From NCBI RefSeq assembly GCF_011386835.1, contig NC_088798.1, forward strand, positions 26,226,001-26,290,000: a DNA stretch of 64,000 nucleotides, written 5' to 3'. The notes under the pieces were generated by a model that saw nothing but the letters and a program-made list of their open reading frames with translations, was not told the DNA's origin and ran no database searches. The position numbers were made by a program, and so were the translations under genes. The stretch comes from Chrysemys picta bellii. Taxonomy: Eukaryota. This document shows positions 12,233 to 22,987 of this stretch, in pieces (position 1 is the first letter of the stretch; the number at the start of each line of letters is the position of its first letter).

Positions 12233-12766
12233 TTGGGAGACAGACCTGTCCTCGCTTACAGACAACCCCCCAACCTAAAGCAAATACTCACCAGCAACCA
12301 CACATCACTGAACAAAACCACTAACCCAGGAACCTATCCTTGTAACAAAGCCCGATGCAAACTCTGTCCACATATCTATTCAAGTGACATCATCATAGGA
12401 CCTAATCACATCAGCCATACCATCAGGGGCTCATTCACCTGCACATCTACCAATGTGATATATGCCATCATGTGCCAGCAATGCCCCTCTGCCATGTACA
12501 TTGGCCAAACCGGACAGTCTCTACGCAAAAGAATTAATGGACACAAATCTGACATCAGGAATCAAAATACTCAAAAACCAGTGGGAGAACACTTTAACCT
12601 GTCTGGTCATTCAGTGACAGACCTGCGGGTGGCTATATTACAACAGAAAAACTTCAAAAACAGACTCCAACGAGAGACTGCTGAGCTAGAATTGATATGC
12701 AAACTAGACACAATCAACTCCGGTTTGAATAAGGACTGGGAATGGCTGAGCCATTACAAACATTGA
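12233..12766 (+). pseudogene. Penelope GIY-YIG endonuclease domain (transposon ORF remnant; frame open from about 12096)
   Basis: CNKARCKLCPH...NVIYAIMCQQCPSAMYIGQTGQSLRKRINGH: GIY-YIG motif with the Cys/His linker typical of PLEs; no start codon or RT upstream. Confidence 0.9.
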
Positions 12767-12951
12767 TTCTATCTCCCCTTGTAAGTATGCTCACACTTCT
12801 TATCAAACTGTCTGTACTGGGCTATCTTGATTATCACTTCAAAAGTTTTTTTTCTCTTAATTAATTGGCCTCTCAGAGTTGGTACTCCCACCTGTTTATG
12901 CTCTCTGTATGTGTGTATATATATCTCCTCAATATATGTTCCATTCTATAT

Positions 12952-12992
12952 GCATCCGAAGAAGTGGGGCTGTAGTCCACGAAAGCTTATGC
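12952..12992 (+). ncRNA. Minimal type I hammerhead ribozyme motif (U4C variant) in Penelope pLTR
   Basis: GCAU-CCGAAGA-A-[GUGGG..UCCAC]-GAAA-GCUU-AUGC; stem I GCAU/AUGC; palindromic AAGCUU stem III. Confidence 0.65.
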
Positions 12993-13204
12993 TCTAATAA
13001 ATTTGTTAGTCTCTAAGGTGCCACAAGTACTCCTGTTCTTCTTTTTGCGGATACAGACTAACACGGCTGCTACTCTGAAACCTGTCATTACATTTTTGGA
13101 AAATGTTACCCAACCAGCTATAACTGCAAATATGATGGAAACACCAGTTAGATGCAAAAAGTCACTGAAAAGTTTTTCAAGGTGACCACTGTGGTTTCTG
13201 GAAG

Positions 13205-16110
13205 TTTCCTTTTTATTCCAAGGTCATTAATAAAAATATTGAATAAGACTGGTCACAAGACTGATTCTTGAGAACACCACTAGTAACCTCCATCTAGTCC
13301 AGCGGTCCCCAAACTTTTTAGGGTCATGCTCCCCCCCTTACTTATGTCCACCCCCACCCACGAGCCAGGGCCGGGAGCAGAGCCTCATCTCCAGAAGGGG
13401 CGGGGTGGATGCGGACAGAGGTAAGGGGGCCAAGGCTGGGGCCACAGCTGAGGGTGGGGGTGGGGCTGGGGCTGGGAGCAGGGCCGCAGCCAGGAGCCAA
13501 GGCTGGGAGTGGGAATGGAGCCACAGCTGCTCTGCAGTGGGGGCCAGCAGCCAGCCTTGCAGCCAGGTGTGGCTCAACTCCTGGCCTTCCCCCAGCCTTG
13601 GCCCCGGGCCAGGAATGGAGCTGCGGCCAATGGCTGAGGCTGGGAGCTGGCGTGGAGCTGGGAGGGGAGCTGCGCTGAGGCTGGGGGAGTGGAGACAGGG
13701 CCAGGTGCAGGGCCGGGAGCTGGGGAGGCAGCTGGGGGGCGGGACCGGAGCAGAACTGGGGGTGAGGAGGGGCTGGGTAGCACTCCTTCCCCGCTCCCAT
13801 GGGGGCTGGCCCGGTTCCCACTGCACCCCTCTGGATGTTCCTCTATGCTCCCTAGGAGGGAGCGCCCCACACTTTGGGACCTCTGATCTAGTCCAATGAT
13901 TCACCTTTCAGCACAACCTGCTACCTTCTCCCCTTTAGCTAATTCCTTATCCACATTACAATGCTTATACTTATCCCCATTTTACCTAATTTAACTAATA
14001 ATTTCCCATGTGCCACAGTGTCAAATGCTTTACCAAAGTCCAGGTATATTAGATCTACTGCATTTCCCTTATCTACAAAAATCAGTTATTTTCTCAAAGA
14101 AGGAAATGAAGTTAGTTTGGCATGAAACCCATGCTGCATTGCATGCCTTTACCATTTACTTCTATGAATTTTATTATTCTTTCCTTCGCCATTTTTTTTC
14201 TAAAACTTTGCATACTACTATGGTCAGACTAACAGGCCTGTAATTTCCCAGATCACTTCCCCCCTCACCCCGCTTCTTACATATAGGTATGACATTAGCT
14301 ATTCTCCAGTCTTATGGTACTACCCCTAAATAGACAGATTTATTACAAATCCTTGCTACTGGACTAGTAAAATCATGTGCCAGTTCTTTCAGTATTCTAG
14401 GGTGGAAGATATCTGGTCCCCTATAGTTGAGTGCATTAAGCTTTCATTTTTTTTCCACCTCAGATGACGTTGTTTCCATTTCTACACTCTTATTTCCATC
14501 AGCCATATTGCCTTTATGCACATGCTCTATATTGTCATCATAACTGAAAACTGAAGCAAAATATTCATTTAGTTTTTGGGCCACACCTAGATTATCTTTA
14601 ATCTCCTTTCCATCCATACCACATATTGGCCCAAACTGATTTTCTTTATTTCTTTTATTTATATAACTAAAAACTTCTTATTTATTTTAATGTTCTTGTC
14701 AAGAACTAATCAGTTACCAATTCTCACTTTATTCCTACATTTTCTAACCTCCACAATGTACCTTTATTTGCTGATCTGTCTCCTTTTCCATTCTCTATAG
14801 TCTCTCTGCTTACTCTTAACCTTTTTGTGGTGGTTATTCATCCAGCTGGAACTGAAGGCTTTCCCTAGAAGTTTCTTCCCCTTACTTGGGATGCAAATTT
14901 CAGATAGTTTTTGTATAGTTGATTTGAAGAAATTCCAAGCCTCTTCTGTATTAAGTCCTTGAGCTATTTAGTCCTGCTGACTTTTTTAAAAACTAATTCC
15001 CTTAGTTTCCCAAAATCTGCCCTTTTGAAATAAAAAAATACATAGTTGACAAACTGGTTTTGATTATCCTTCCATTTATTTTAAACTGAATCAGTTCTTG
15101 ATCACTCAGTCCAAGGCTATTTCCTAGAAACAGCTCTTGCAGGATGTCCTCACTACTTACTAAAGCCACATCTAAAATTTCATCACCTCTCATGGGTTCA
15201 GTGATCTGAAGAAGAAAAGTGTAATCTATTCACATCCAGGAATAACTGGGCCCTACCACTATTGCTAGTATGTATTCTCCAATCTATATCTGTGAAGTTA
15301 AAGTCTCTCATTATGACACAGTTCTCAAAAGTATTTCCTTCTATAATAATATTGAAGAGATTACTATCCATAACAGATTTTGATCCTAGGAGGTCTGTAG
15401 CAGACCTAACACCATCCCAACAGAACCTCTTTTACAATCCTTCCCCAAAAGGATTTTGACCCGAACAGACTCTTCTTTGTCCATATTATCACTTTGTATT
15501 TCTTTACAGTTTACCACTTTGTTGCTGTATAATACTAACCCTCAACCTTTACTTTTACTTTATTCCTATCTCTCCTTTCAATACCTGCATTCTAGTCATG
15601 AGTGCTATTCTACCATGTTTCTGTAAGCTCCAAAATATCTGGTTTAATCTTCCGCACCAGTAGTTCCAGTTCCTCCATTTTATTGCCCAGACTACTTGCA
15701 TTTGTGTATAAACATTGCAGTTATTTCCCTTGGACCTTACCCAGTTTTCTAGCTTGTGATGTTCCATTATCCCTTACTATGTCTTCCTCTAGCTGACTTT
15801 CCAATTCCTTCCAGGCATGCTCTTCTGTTCTCTGGAACTGGTCTGATGACAGGTCTTTCGATTCTTCTAAGTATGGCATACCCAATCACATAGACCTGTC
15901 TCTTTTTGGTGTTGGTATGAATCTGTCTTATGTTCTTTCTTGCAGGGCCCTGTACAGCATCCCCATTTTTCCTTAGGCTTTGGTCTCTGGCCATCTGCAT
16001 CATCTCTTCCCCTCTTCTGAAGGTACAGGCTTCTTTTCTTTTCTACCACGTTACTCCATCTACTGCCTGTTTCTCCTCCTCATGTCCCAGTGCAGCAACC
16101 CTGCTACTCA
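13205..16110 (-). mobile_element. Long degraded CR1 LINE (ORF1 esterase, endonuclease, RT), 3'-truncated, interrupted by a MITE
   Basis: Minus-strand peptides VYVIGYAILRRIERPV (about 15835-15900), LYTNASSLGNKMEEL (about 15670-15715), IYLDFGKAFDTV (14014-14049), PVLFNIFINDL (about 13220-13252). Confidence 0.9.
13300..13885. mobile_element. GC-rich hAT MITE inserted in CR1
   Basis: Perfect 8-bp TSD atctagtc (13292-13299, 13886-13893); TIRs cagcggtccccaaa / tttgggacctctg. Confidence 0.92.
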
Positions 16111-16532
16111 ACTTGTACTCCAGTAATGTGATAAACCTGTAACTGTTGGTAAATATTGTCTTTTTAGTGGTGATCACTGTAAGGAAATACATGTTCAATT
16201 ATGTGGTATTTAACTTGATGTGTGATTTTATCCCTTTAATGTGAGTTTGATGGATTTTTTTTTCTGTTTGAAAGAATTATATGTATAATATTATGTGCAA
16301 TTACATTGAATGGCATGTTTACGTAAACTGATGTGTCATTGTCATTTCACCCAAGTAGCATCATTTCAGTATGCAGGATTGTTATTTTAGTTGCACTTGG
16401 TAGAATTATTTCTAATTATGTAAAACAATTAAAATGTAGGGACTTGATTCACCATTACTCCAGTTTTTCACCAGTGTAACTCCCTTGAAATCAATGGATC
16501 AGAACCTCAGGTGCAGTAAATACACATAATTC

Positions 16533-16915
16533 CAGGGGTGATGGACAGGGGGATAGTGCCCCCACAATGGAAATATCGGGGGGAGGGCTCCAATCCCACC
16601 TAATCTTGGGGCCTGGTGCGGGGGACCACGCACAGAAGCAAGAGCAAGATTCGGAGGGGCTGGACTGGCCACCATCAAGCCTGGGAGTCGGCTGGGGAGC
16701 GAGACCCTTAGGGGCTTGAGCAGCTCTGGCAGAACCCAGGATTGGGTTAGGCAATGGGGAGTGGGACACAGTGTGGCTAGAATGGCAGGTAGGACTCTCC
16801 TTCCCAGCCTGGAGCCAGCTGATCCACCCTGACAGAGTCTCAGTACCTCTCATTCTCAGGACCTCTCCAATCTCTGCCCCGCACCTGCTTTTGCAGGGAG
16901 CTTCCACCCATCCTG
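16533..16915. mobile_element. GC-rich MITE-like insert splitting an old palindromic element (16439-17027)
   Basis: Termini caggggtgatgg / ccacccatcctg; flanking arms ccagtgtaactcc / ggagttacactgg are inverted repeats. Confidence 0.5.
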
Positions 16916-19900
16916 TATAAAGCTATTAACTTTAATGGAGCTATGCTGAAATATATCACTATCACCAGTGAAGCCAATGGAGTTACACTGGCTTAAAACT
17001 AGAGCAGTGCAATAGTGACTTAGACACCAAGATTTAAAACTTTGGCTATCTCAGCCATAATCAACTTGACTGAAGTTAGGTGTATTGGTGTGAACAAGAG
17101 ACTCCCAAAACTGCTTTGGTTAAAAAAAATACACCAATGTGATGATGATGCCGTAGCAGCAGCAGGCCAAATACAATGTGTGAGAATCTCTTGGAGCTTT
17201 CATCCCCTCTGCCCAGTGAAGCAGAGCAGGATGATTTTGGCCATTGTTGTTTGCTTTCAAATTACTTCTGTATTCTGTAAAATTAGAAGTCAGCTTTCCA
17301 ATTACTCTTTAAACTTGCTTCCTCCGACAGTGTGTTAGTCAGCATTTCAAGGCATATTATTAAAGACATTAATATCAAGTAGAAAACTGATGGGGTATCA
17401 GATAAAAGGATACTTGTATATTTGTGATGGAAATGCAAAATATGATGGCATTAGTCCTGAGAAACTGAAATAGCAAAATAATATGGCAGAAGAGCTGACA
17501 GTAGAACCAGCATGCAGATTATGTAGCAAAAAATATGATTCTCAAGATTCCTAATATTAAAGAACTGTGACAACATATCCTTTTATATGTTAATACATAT
17601 GGGGGCCAGATTCTTAGCTATGGATCATATTATATATTTCTAGCATTCATATCTATCTGTGAATATAATATACATTTCAACTTAAATTCAGTTTTATTTA
17701 TTGAAATGCTAATAATTCCTTCTTGCAAATATGCTAACATTACACAAGCAAAGAGAAATGCAGTATTATGCATTCCCTATATCTTGCTTTAATTGTCCTA
17801 TGTCGTAAAGATACATAGAAATCTGAATAATTTTGTATAAGGAGGTCAAATTATGTTTAAGACAGTGTCTTACGGTAAAATGTTAAATGTAAAGCAAGTA
17901 ATCAACTGTGTATTAATCTAGAAAACATTGATCTTTTCTCCATCTGACAAATAACGTTCCATTATTCTGGAACATTATTGTATGTAATATAGTGTTGTTG
18001 TTTTTTGCAGAACATCATGAATCATGGAACATAACCAAAATCTTGACTGCCATTGTGTTGGAATTAAAGTACTCTCTGCCATTTGCACCATGACAGCCAG
18101 TGAGTGCATTATTTGCGGAGCAAATAGCTCTAAATCCTTGAATCATAAGATTGAATGAAAACAGAATTCAAATGTGGTTGTGGGATATACTACATGTCCT
18201 AAGGAAATAATGCCATTTCCGCATATAGTTCAAAATGGAGAATGCCGGCATGTTGGTTTGTCTGTCTTACACATTTTTTGATTAATTGTGGCAAGCCTGT
18301 CGTACCTTGTTTCATAAGCACAAATGGGGAGATGATGGGCACTGCTAATTAAAACCACAAAAGAACGTTCCATTTCATTGCTGGCTTCTTACAGTTCAGC
18401 TGAGTGTGGCAGCCATACTTAAACTTGTCAGTCCAAAGTGTTTGACAAAACAATCATACTCATTAGTCTTAGGGAGTAATGAAGGAATGTGCACTGCACA
18501 TTTATGATTAAAGATTATTATTTATTTGTTAACTGTCAACAGTGTGTGTCATTCTGTGACAGACATGAATTAAGAACAGTCTCTGCCTCAAAATGTTAAC
18601 AATCTAAAACACAGACACTGATGAGACTAGACAGCATGGGCACCCAGAGGAAGATATTAACTGATCCTTTTTCCTCTCTTGCTCTTTCTTTCTCTCTTTT
18701 CTCTCTCTCTCTCTCTGTCCTTCCTTTAGTTCTCCCTACTCGAAAATGTTGTGGAGTGGAAATTCACTAATTGTTAACAAAAAATCAAAGGTATATTTCA
18801 AGCCGGCGGTAAAGTATTTGTTACAAAAACAGCAGCTTTGCCGTTCCTGATTGCAATTACCAGCAATGAGCTTTCTCTACAAAGCAATGTCAAAAAAGCA
18901 TTGCTTTCATTTCTATCCTCTCCAGCCCCTAGTATTTGTTAACAACAATTAAACAACTGAAGCATAGCAATTTCCCTCCCCCCCCCCCCAAATCCCTGAC
19001 TGCAGAAGTCACAAGGATATATGACCTGATTCTTGGACTATTTCTCTTTCCTTGTATCAAAAATATTTAAAATGTCTCTAATGTTTTGGGTTAGTTTTTT
19101 TTATTTTTACTTTTCATGCAACTTCCTTGACTCCATATGGGGCTGCATGGATGTAGCTGAGTTCAGATCTTCATCCAAGTGATTTACTATGAGATAGATT
19201 TGAGGAGGTATATTGACTGCAATGGATCTAGGGCTAGGCTGATTTATATAGGCTAAGGAACTGGTCCTATGTATCTTAGCTTATTCTATCCATATACAGA
19301 GCTTGTATTTCCTCATGGAGAGCACCTGGCATTATCCCACAGGGGAAATAGATCTGGCATTTCTCCCCTACCTCCCACAGAAAAGCCCTGTCCCCAAATT
19401 TAGCAGATCCTTAAGGAGCTGCATAGGTACTTGAAGATCTGTTGGAGGCCATGAATGCACCATCCCGTGCACTATATACTGTGTCTTCTTACCATTCTTG
19501 GTGGCCCGTGGCCCCTTGGTTTCAGTTGTATCTGATATCCCAGGTGAATGAGGTGTTATGAGGAACAGACAATGCAACCTGAGATTATGCAATATTTTCT
19601 GACTAATTTCCAGGGGATTATGTGCATCCCCCACACAATCTCTACTTAGTCTCCATCCCCTCTTGCAGAATAGACCCTGGATGATGCAGAGAGGTCTCTG
19701 GATAGTTTGGTTGGAGAAAAAGCTGATAGTGTTGCAGAGGCAGCTTAAACTCCCACTGCTCACCCCTCCATGGGCAAATCTATGAAGCATGATCCAAGCC
19801 ATTGATTAGAAGAAGATAGTGATAAAACTAATGTGCAAGTGAGAATAAGCATTTTGCTCAAGACTGGAAATGAAATATTAATGAAGCAAAACTAGACAAT

Positions 19901-20420
19901 ATTTCTCTCTATGATTCCTAGCAGTTTTTCTCTATTGAAGCCCACAGCTTTTCTCTAGAAAGACACAAACAGCTGTCTTTTATAATGTCAGTGCCAGCTC
20001 TACTTCATGGCTGCCAATGTAGGATATGGATACGAATGCTCAGGGCAGCTGATGCCCCAAGACTGAATGGTTTTACAGCCCGCTGTACTCAGTATTTTTC
20101 AGAGAGCTAAATTATTCTCAGAAAGGCGTCATGTTAATTCTTGGTGTTAATGCTTCATTTAGGACTATTGGAAATCTACAATGGGAGTGGAAATCCCAGC
20201 ACAAGAGTTTATTTTAATCCTGTGACAGCCATCTGAAGAGATTTCTTCTCAGCTGCCTTCTCTTCTGAGACTGAACAGCCGCGAGGTCAGTAATTTCTGG
20301 AAGAACAGCACGTTCCTGAATCTCAGTATATCAGATGAAGGATTTACACTAAGGAGGAATTGCATGATGAGAAGGAGATAGGAAGGAAAGATTTTTAAAG
20401 GATGCTTGTATCATTTAAGT

Positions 20421-20582
20421 CAGTGGTGAGCAACCAGCGGCCCATCAGGGTAATCCGCTGGCAGGCGGTGGGAGAGTTTGCTTACATTGACTGTCCGCAT
20501 GGCCACCCACTGCTCCCAGTGGCCACGGTTCGCTGTTCCCAGCCAATGGGAGCTGCGGGAAGTGGTGGCCAGCATGTCCCTG
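20421..20582. mobile_element. Internally deleted hAT MITE (left half only)
   Basis: Left TIR cagtggtgagcaacc; interior similar to the left arm of 11162-11474; TSD atttaagt / atttaaat (7/8). Confidence 0.75.
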
Positions 20583-22689
20583 ATTTAAATAGTTTATGCC
20601 TATAGAGTAATCCCATAACACAGATTTGGGGCTGTTAGAGCCCTTAGTTTAAAGATTGGCATTGCCTGTTGAAAGATGTCAGATGCTGCAGTCATTAATT
20701 TAAAAGGGAGGACTGCATTTGAAGATGACAGGGCTAGAGAGAATTTGAATTAAAACTTTCCTACTAGTTATTCAGAACGTTACCTGAGTCAGCTATAATC
20801 AAATCTTCATTTCAGCATTATGGTTAAAGGGCAAGATTCATTTTTTAAAAAGTATGTAACATTTACACAAGATTCTGCAGCACACATTTAAAAAGCCTTT
20901 ACTGATTTGTCTCTTTTCCCCCTTTTCCGGCCCCAAGTGGCCATCTCTCTGGCATCCATTGATTGGAAAAGCAGCCTAAAATGGACTGAATTAGAAGAAG
21001 GACAATTTTTGTTTCAGTGCACAACATTGTAAAAGGAGGTTGCAAAATCAAGGTTTCTAAAGAAACAACTCTTACTTGCTCTCTGGTGTTTAGGGTTTGG
21101 AACTATTTGCAGTAGTTATCAACAAGAAATTGAAGATAAGGAGAGAAGAAGAACTCCTATTTTTTGCACTGCTTATAGTAAATCATTGATTTTTCATGCT
21201 TTCCTTTTTTACCTAGTAAAATATTTGGACCGTGCCAGGCTCTGTTATTCATATGAACGGTTAGTGCTGAATTTTATATTGTGTTACTTTTCAGCACTTT
21301 ATTACTTATAAAATAAAATTACTTTTTACGAAAGAATACCTAAACATAAGAGTTGTGTTTCATGTACAGTAACTGGACTTCAACAAGATCTGGTCACAAA
21401 TTAAGTTTGCATTTAATGCAGTTTTCATTTGGGTCATCACCTGTACTATCCCTTCTACCCTCACATTCCAAGATATAGTATCTCCCCTTTCCAGGGAATG
21501 ATAATATAAACCCCAAACCACTGTTTTACTGGCACAATACTATTGAATTTCTGAAACAGAATCAGAGAGTGGCACTGCAGTGCTGTGAGTATTATTCTTT
21601 GGTATATGGCTGGTGGAAATTTTTAAACAGCAATTCCGACTTTTCCCTCCAGATAATCAGGTCCCAAAATAATTGACCTTAAGAGTAAATAGTACTCTGG
21701 GCAGCCAGCAACTCTTACAGTAAATTCATATGACTTCCATAAAATAGGAAAACCGTGTACAGAATCTTTCTCTCTTCTCCCTGGGCATCAGTAGCAAATG
21801 CTCCAAGTGAGGTTCCCTAAACTATTTACCGGATGTTAATGCTGCTCCATGCTAAAATATGGCTAAATGAATATATAGCTGGAAGGGCAAAATGGCTTTT
21901 AAAGGAGACAGCTTAAATATTAAAGTTCAGAATAGTTTGCATCTTTTTCTTTAACACTAAAAGGAAGGAGTCACCAGACAAATGAAACGGATATATGGGT
22001 TTTAGAGGCTAATTCAAGCACTAGTCAAGATGGACCCTTGTTACTCCTACTGCAGGTTGTTTCTAATTTTAAAGGGGCTTCCTGAGCTGCAGAGAGGAGG
22101 AGATAGGTGTATTGAAGCATTGATAGGGTTCAGACATTCTCCCTTTATAATTACTTTTTATTGTATGTAATCACACCACAAAATATTGAAGTTGTGGGAA
22201 TTCAGACATCAGATTTTATGTTTGTTTGTTTGTTTTTTAAAAAGCATCTCATATATTCCCACTCCTCAACCCTAACCTGACTGGACCATTGACTTCTAGC
22301 ATAGAGAGGGGAGTTTAGTCTTGCCCATTCAAAGGACAAAGATTCTTTCTGCTCAGAGTGCCTTCAAGGTTGCCCATTAGTTATGTTAATAGCTTAGTGA
22401 TGATTTCTTTCTATTAAGTACTGAACTGAGGCCAGCCACATTCAATCGGCCATTCAAAGGCTGTAATGGCTTGTAACTCACTAACAGCTGGGGATGGATG
22501 GCTGCATATCTTCTTGGCTCTGCAGCTGGAGATATCAGGGAACAGATTGTGTTACTGCCTTCTCTCCTGTCCTCTCCTAAGGAATGTAATCCTTACCCCT
22601 CAACACAGCCCCCTGGCTCTGATGCTGTTCAATTTTCCCAACCCCATGGACAAATCATATGTACAATTGAGATCAGATCTGTGCTGGGG

Positions 22690-22987
22690 ATATTACTGCC
22701 AATCCCGAGCATTCAAAAATCATGGGTCAACCCTCCCTCTACCCCCCCCCCCCCCAAAAATAAAGGATGAGGCTGGTTTACAGATCATGAGATTTTCAGA
22801 AATGACACCTATTCAATTCTTTACCTTCTGGTTTTTGGGCCTTTAGGGTTCATATTTTCAAGATTTTCCTCACAACTTCTATGGTTAGAAACTTTTTTTT
22901 AACATAACCATATGATTCCTGGATCTGCTTCAGAATACACCAAAGATGATCAGACCTGTGATAAAATCATGAAATTTTGCAACATTG
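22690..22987. mobile_element. Old hAT-like MITE (cagtgttgccaac-type termini)
   Basis: Left ctgccaatcccgagcattcaaaaatcatg, right tcatgaaattttgcaacattg. Confidence 0.5.

Larger units (their letters stand above)
12025..13083 (+). mobile_element. 5'-truncated Penelope-like retroelement with 3' pLTR
   Basis: End of RT region (FLKLQYPPAEVKKQIDRAR), GIY-YIG ORF, and 3' pLTR gcttatgc...gttagtctctaaggtgccac...gactaacacggct. Confidence 0.92.

Noticed and set aside
12023-13089. gtcatt at both ends of the Penelope copy as a TSD
   Set aside because: Only 6 bp, and the right copy may belong to the element's own sequence; unresolved without the empty site
13338-13904. ORFs up to 188 aa, rich in Pro, Gly and Ala
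   Set aside because: They lie inside a TSD-flanked GC-rich hAT MITE; low-complexity translation, no domain
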